From: a virus
Taxonomy: Duplodnaviria > Caudoviricetes
Reading direction: 5' to 3' (one strand)
DNA length: 25,095 nt
IMG/VR virus record: IMGVR_UViG_3300048777_000289
Span: 1 to 25,095 of that record
Part shown: positions 22,800 to 25,095 of the stretch, in pieces
How positions within the stretch are numbered: the first letter of the stretch is position 1
Layout: each line of letters begins with the position of its first letter
Notes under the pieces: generated by a model
The model's database searches: none
What the model saw: only the letters and a program-made list of their open reading frames with translations
Told to the model about the DNA's origin: nothing
Made by a program: the position numbers and the translations under genes

Positions 22800-24485
22800 T
22801 CACATAACGAACGGTTCAAAGGTTGCGCCGCTGGTAGCCATAGCGCAGGAAAGCGCCATACAGAGGGCGACGATGCCATCAATTTTTTCTCGGCTCTTGC
22901 CTTTATCTGGCTTGGTGTTGCCGGCTGGATCCTGCTGCACGATCACGTTCGACGCCATCCAGCGCAGGATAGAATTGCCGCCGTGCGCCAGCTCTTGAGT
23001 TGAAACCAACTCGACGATGCGCTTGGTGGGCGCAAACATGCTTGCCATACCCTGGCCGATTTTGACCATCTCAAAACCGTCCTCCTCGCCGAGTTGGGTG
23101 ACGATCTCGGTGGAGTTCCAACGGTCAAAGCCGATCTGGGCGATATTGAACTCCTGGCCGAGCTCGTTGATCTTGGCCCGGATGAAGCGGTAGTCGATGA
23201 TGTTGCCTTCCGTCAGTTCAAAGAGTCCCTGCTTGGCCCAAACATCGTAAGGTACGCGATCGCGTCGGCAGCGAAAGGCGATGTTATCTTTCGGCAGAAA
23301 AAAGGACGGCAGTACATGCCAGTGCGGATCCTCACTGGTCGGTTCAAACAAAAGCACGAAAGCGGCGATATCCGTAGTCGTGGAAAGGTCGAGAGCACCA
23401 TAACATCGGCGTTCGCGGAGCTGCTCACGCGCGATGGTGAAATTGCAGAGATCCCACAGATCCATGCGCATCCAGTGGGAAAATTGCGTGGTCCAGATAC
23501 AAAGTCTGAAGCGTAGAAATGCGTTAAGGGAGCTGGGGTCCTCTTTAGCTTTGAGGGCCTGCTCTCGCATCTCAGTGAGCTTGACAGCCGTTCCCCAACA
23601 AGGATTAGCCCACGGCCATCTCGTTTCGTCTTCCCAGTTAAAGTCGCCCCGGCCTTCATCATCGACACCGCAGATCCAGGCGAACCAACTGTCGTCAGGA
23701 ACGATGCCCTGAAGAACTTTTACCGAGTACTCGTGCTGCTTGTAGCAGACTGAATTGCGGTCAAATCCGCTGTTGGTAATGGCGAACATGAGCGGCTGGC
23801 GGCATTTGCCCAGGCGCGTGTAGAAAGCGTTCCATACGCCTTCGCTCGCGTGAGCGTGCAACTCATCAATGCAAACAAAAGAGGGCCGCAGACCTTGAAG
23901 GTTCTGATCCTCGGCCGCGCAGGGCTCAAACTTGCTGCGCGTGATGGGATCGCAGATGTTCTCCTTCCCGATGAGCAGTCGCTCTCGGAGATATTCCGAA
24001 ACCTGGGCCATCGTGGAGACTGTATCAAAAATGCGCCTTGCCGTCTTGCGATCGGTAGCAGCCGCGTAGACCTGTGCGCCTGGCTCGCCGAAAGCATGCA
24101 ACTCATAAAGGCAAAGGCAGGAAAGAACTAGAGACTTCAGATTGCCGGCGCCCATCTCGCTGTAGGCAACTTTGAAACGGCGAATGAACTTACCTTTAGC
24201 ATCCTTGCGCTTCCAACCGTAGAGGATCCACAACAGCGCCTGCCACGCCGGAACAAGGATGATGGGAACTTCGAAATAGTCGCCGTCAACGCCGCAACAG
24301 AAGAGCGGAAAGTAGTCGATGACATGCTGGGCGGCCTTGCGGTTGAAGTGGAGGCCGCGAGCCTTACCATCCTTGAGATCGCGGACGTGACGCTCGATTT
24401 GCAGCCGAACAAGCTTCGAAGTGAGAACACGGCCGGCGAGCACGTCGGCGATGTACTTCTCGGCAACGGAGCGGCGGCTGGACAT
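22800..24485 (-). CDS. terL: Terminase large subunit (Terminase_1 family)
   Basis: L.PAWQ, Walker B CIDELHAH, ITNSG, W..ANP, nuclease GALDLS.TTD, IGFDRWN and KIDGIVA..MA motifs. Confidence 0.96.
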   Translation of the reverse strand: MSSRRSVAEKYIADVLAGRVLTSKLVRLQIERHVRDLKDGKARGLHFNRKAAQHVIDYFPLFCCGVDGDYFEVPIILVPAWQALLWILYGWKRKDAKGKFIRRFKVAYSEMGAGNLKSLVLSCLCLYELHAFGEPGAQVYAAATDRKTARRIFDTVSTMAQVSEYLRERLLIGKENICDPITRSKFEPCAAEDQNLQGLRPSFVCIDELHAHASEGVWNAFYTRLGKCRQPLMFAITNSGFDRNSVCYKQHEYSVKVLQGIVPDDSWFAWICGVDDEGRGDFNWEDETRWPWANPCWGTAVKLTEMREQALKAKEDPSSLNAFLRFRLCIWTTQFSHWMRMDLWDLCNFTIAREQLRERRCYGALDLSTTTDIAAFVLLFEPTSEDPHWHVLPSFFLPKDNIAFRCRRDRVPYDVWAKQGLFELTEGNIIDYRFIRAKINELGQEFNIAQIGFDRWNSTEIVTQLGEEDGFEMVKIGQGMASMFAPTKRIVELVSTQELAHGGNSILRWMASNVIVQQDPAGNTKPDKGKSREKIDGIVALCMALSCAMATSGATFEPFVM

Positions 24486-24493
24486 CGGTCAGG

Positions 24494-24943
24494 TTATCCA
24501 AACTTGCGCGCCAGAAAAGCGGCGCGCGAATCAACGCCCTTGGGAGAAACCGGCGCCGCCGATACGCCGCGCTGCCCGAGGCGAACCCGGCCAACTCCAG
24601 TTCCTCCCAGATCGCTGCGCGTACCGCGAAGAAACGACAATTCAGCGCCGTTCAGCCGGCGCGATTTCTTTTCGAGCATCAGCTCACAGTAATCGGCCAA
24701 GCCATCCCGATCGGAGACCGTGAGCCAGGGCCATACCTTCGCGCGTTCGTCCCAAAGAGCACGGAGTTTCTCCGCGCGCTGGTAGCCAATGTCCGGATGG
24801 AAGATCATCCATTCGGCTGGCGGAGGACCCACTTTAGAGCTGGGTGGCGTCGGTTCGTTGGCGCGGGCCTTGAGACGCGCAGGATTCTTCCTGCCTGCTC
24901 CGGTGAGCAGCAAAAGCTCTGTCGGTTTGGGAGGTCTACCCAT
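24494..24943 (-). CDS. terS: Terminase small subunit (P27-like), 149 aa
   Basis: MGRPPKPTEL.LL.G N-terminus, LT..D..L..YC and LG.T...R.RL motifs; directly upstream of terL. Confidence 0.78.
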   Translation of the reverse strand: MGRPPKPTELLLLTGAGRKNPARLKARANEPTPPSSKVGPPPAEWMIFHPDIGYQRAEKLRALWDERAKVWPWLTVSDRDGLADYCELMLEKKSRRLNGAELSFLRGTRSDLGGTGVGRVRLGQRGVSAAPVSPKGVDSRAAFLARKFG

Positions 24944-25095
24944 TCGGATACCTTCGCGAGTTGAATAAGGCTCTTCAAAGCCCTCCAAGAGGTTTATTAG
25001 GCCATCAACGAGCGTCGTAGATGGAGATAGGGAAACAGTGAGTTTTATCGCCGATTTTGGGGAAAAGTTTCATTTTGTGGATGTCTAAATGAGGC

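Larger units (their letters stand above)
1..25095 (-). mobile_element. Siphovirus-type phage/prophage morphogenesis region (extends beyond both edges)
   Basis: Co-oriented packaging-head-neck-tail gene order; no sheath gene; no host genes or att sites in the window. Confidence 0.93.

Noticed and set aside
91-24723. Numerous plus-strand and alternate-frame ORFs in the track (e.g. 91..693, 1226..1717, 1727..2365, 2636..3337, 10770..11438)
   Set aside because: They are shadows of minus-strand phage genes in GC-rich DNA, with no recognisable motifs or RBS.
19984-25086. 11-bp repeat TGTGGATGTCT upstream of both the capsid gene (19984-19994) and terS (25076-25086)
   Set aside because: Exact 11-mer matches are expected by chance in 25 kb, and there are only two copies.
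24990-25095. Possible cos/packaging site or late promoter upstream of terS
   Set aside because: The position is appropriate, but the window ends here and no definite motif can be supported.

Overview
The whole window is the virion morphogenesis (late) operon of a siphovirus-type phage or prophage, encoded entirely on the minus strand and read from right to left. The order is: small and large terminase, HK97-type portal, prohead protease, major capsid protein, two head-tail adaptor paralogues, neck and tail-completion proteins, tail tube, G/GT chaperones with a -1 frameshift, tape measure, a DUF2460/DUF2163/NlpC-P60/large tail-tip baseplate cassette, and a tail fibre gene. The fibre gene runs off the left edge and is missing from the ORF track. 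Non-structural genes are inserted into this operon: a two-domain glycosyltransferase coupled to the neck gene, a stand-alone LuxR-type regulator inside the baseplate cassette, a two-gene secreted-protein moron with its own terminator, and two small ORFs. The clearest non-coding pattern is that most non-overlapping gene junctions carry short tandem heptamer arrays. Five are telomere-like G-rich arrays on the template strand, three with four G-tracts. Several abut GNA-triloop hairpins, two of which have an identical core and enclose the Shine-Dalgarno sequence. A REP-like palindrome hints at an Acidobacteriota-type host, which is inference only. All family assignments come from motif recognition and synteny; no searches were run.
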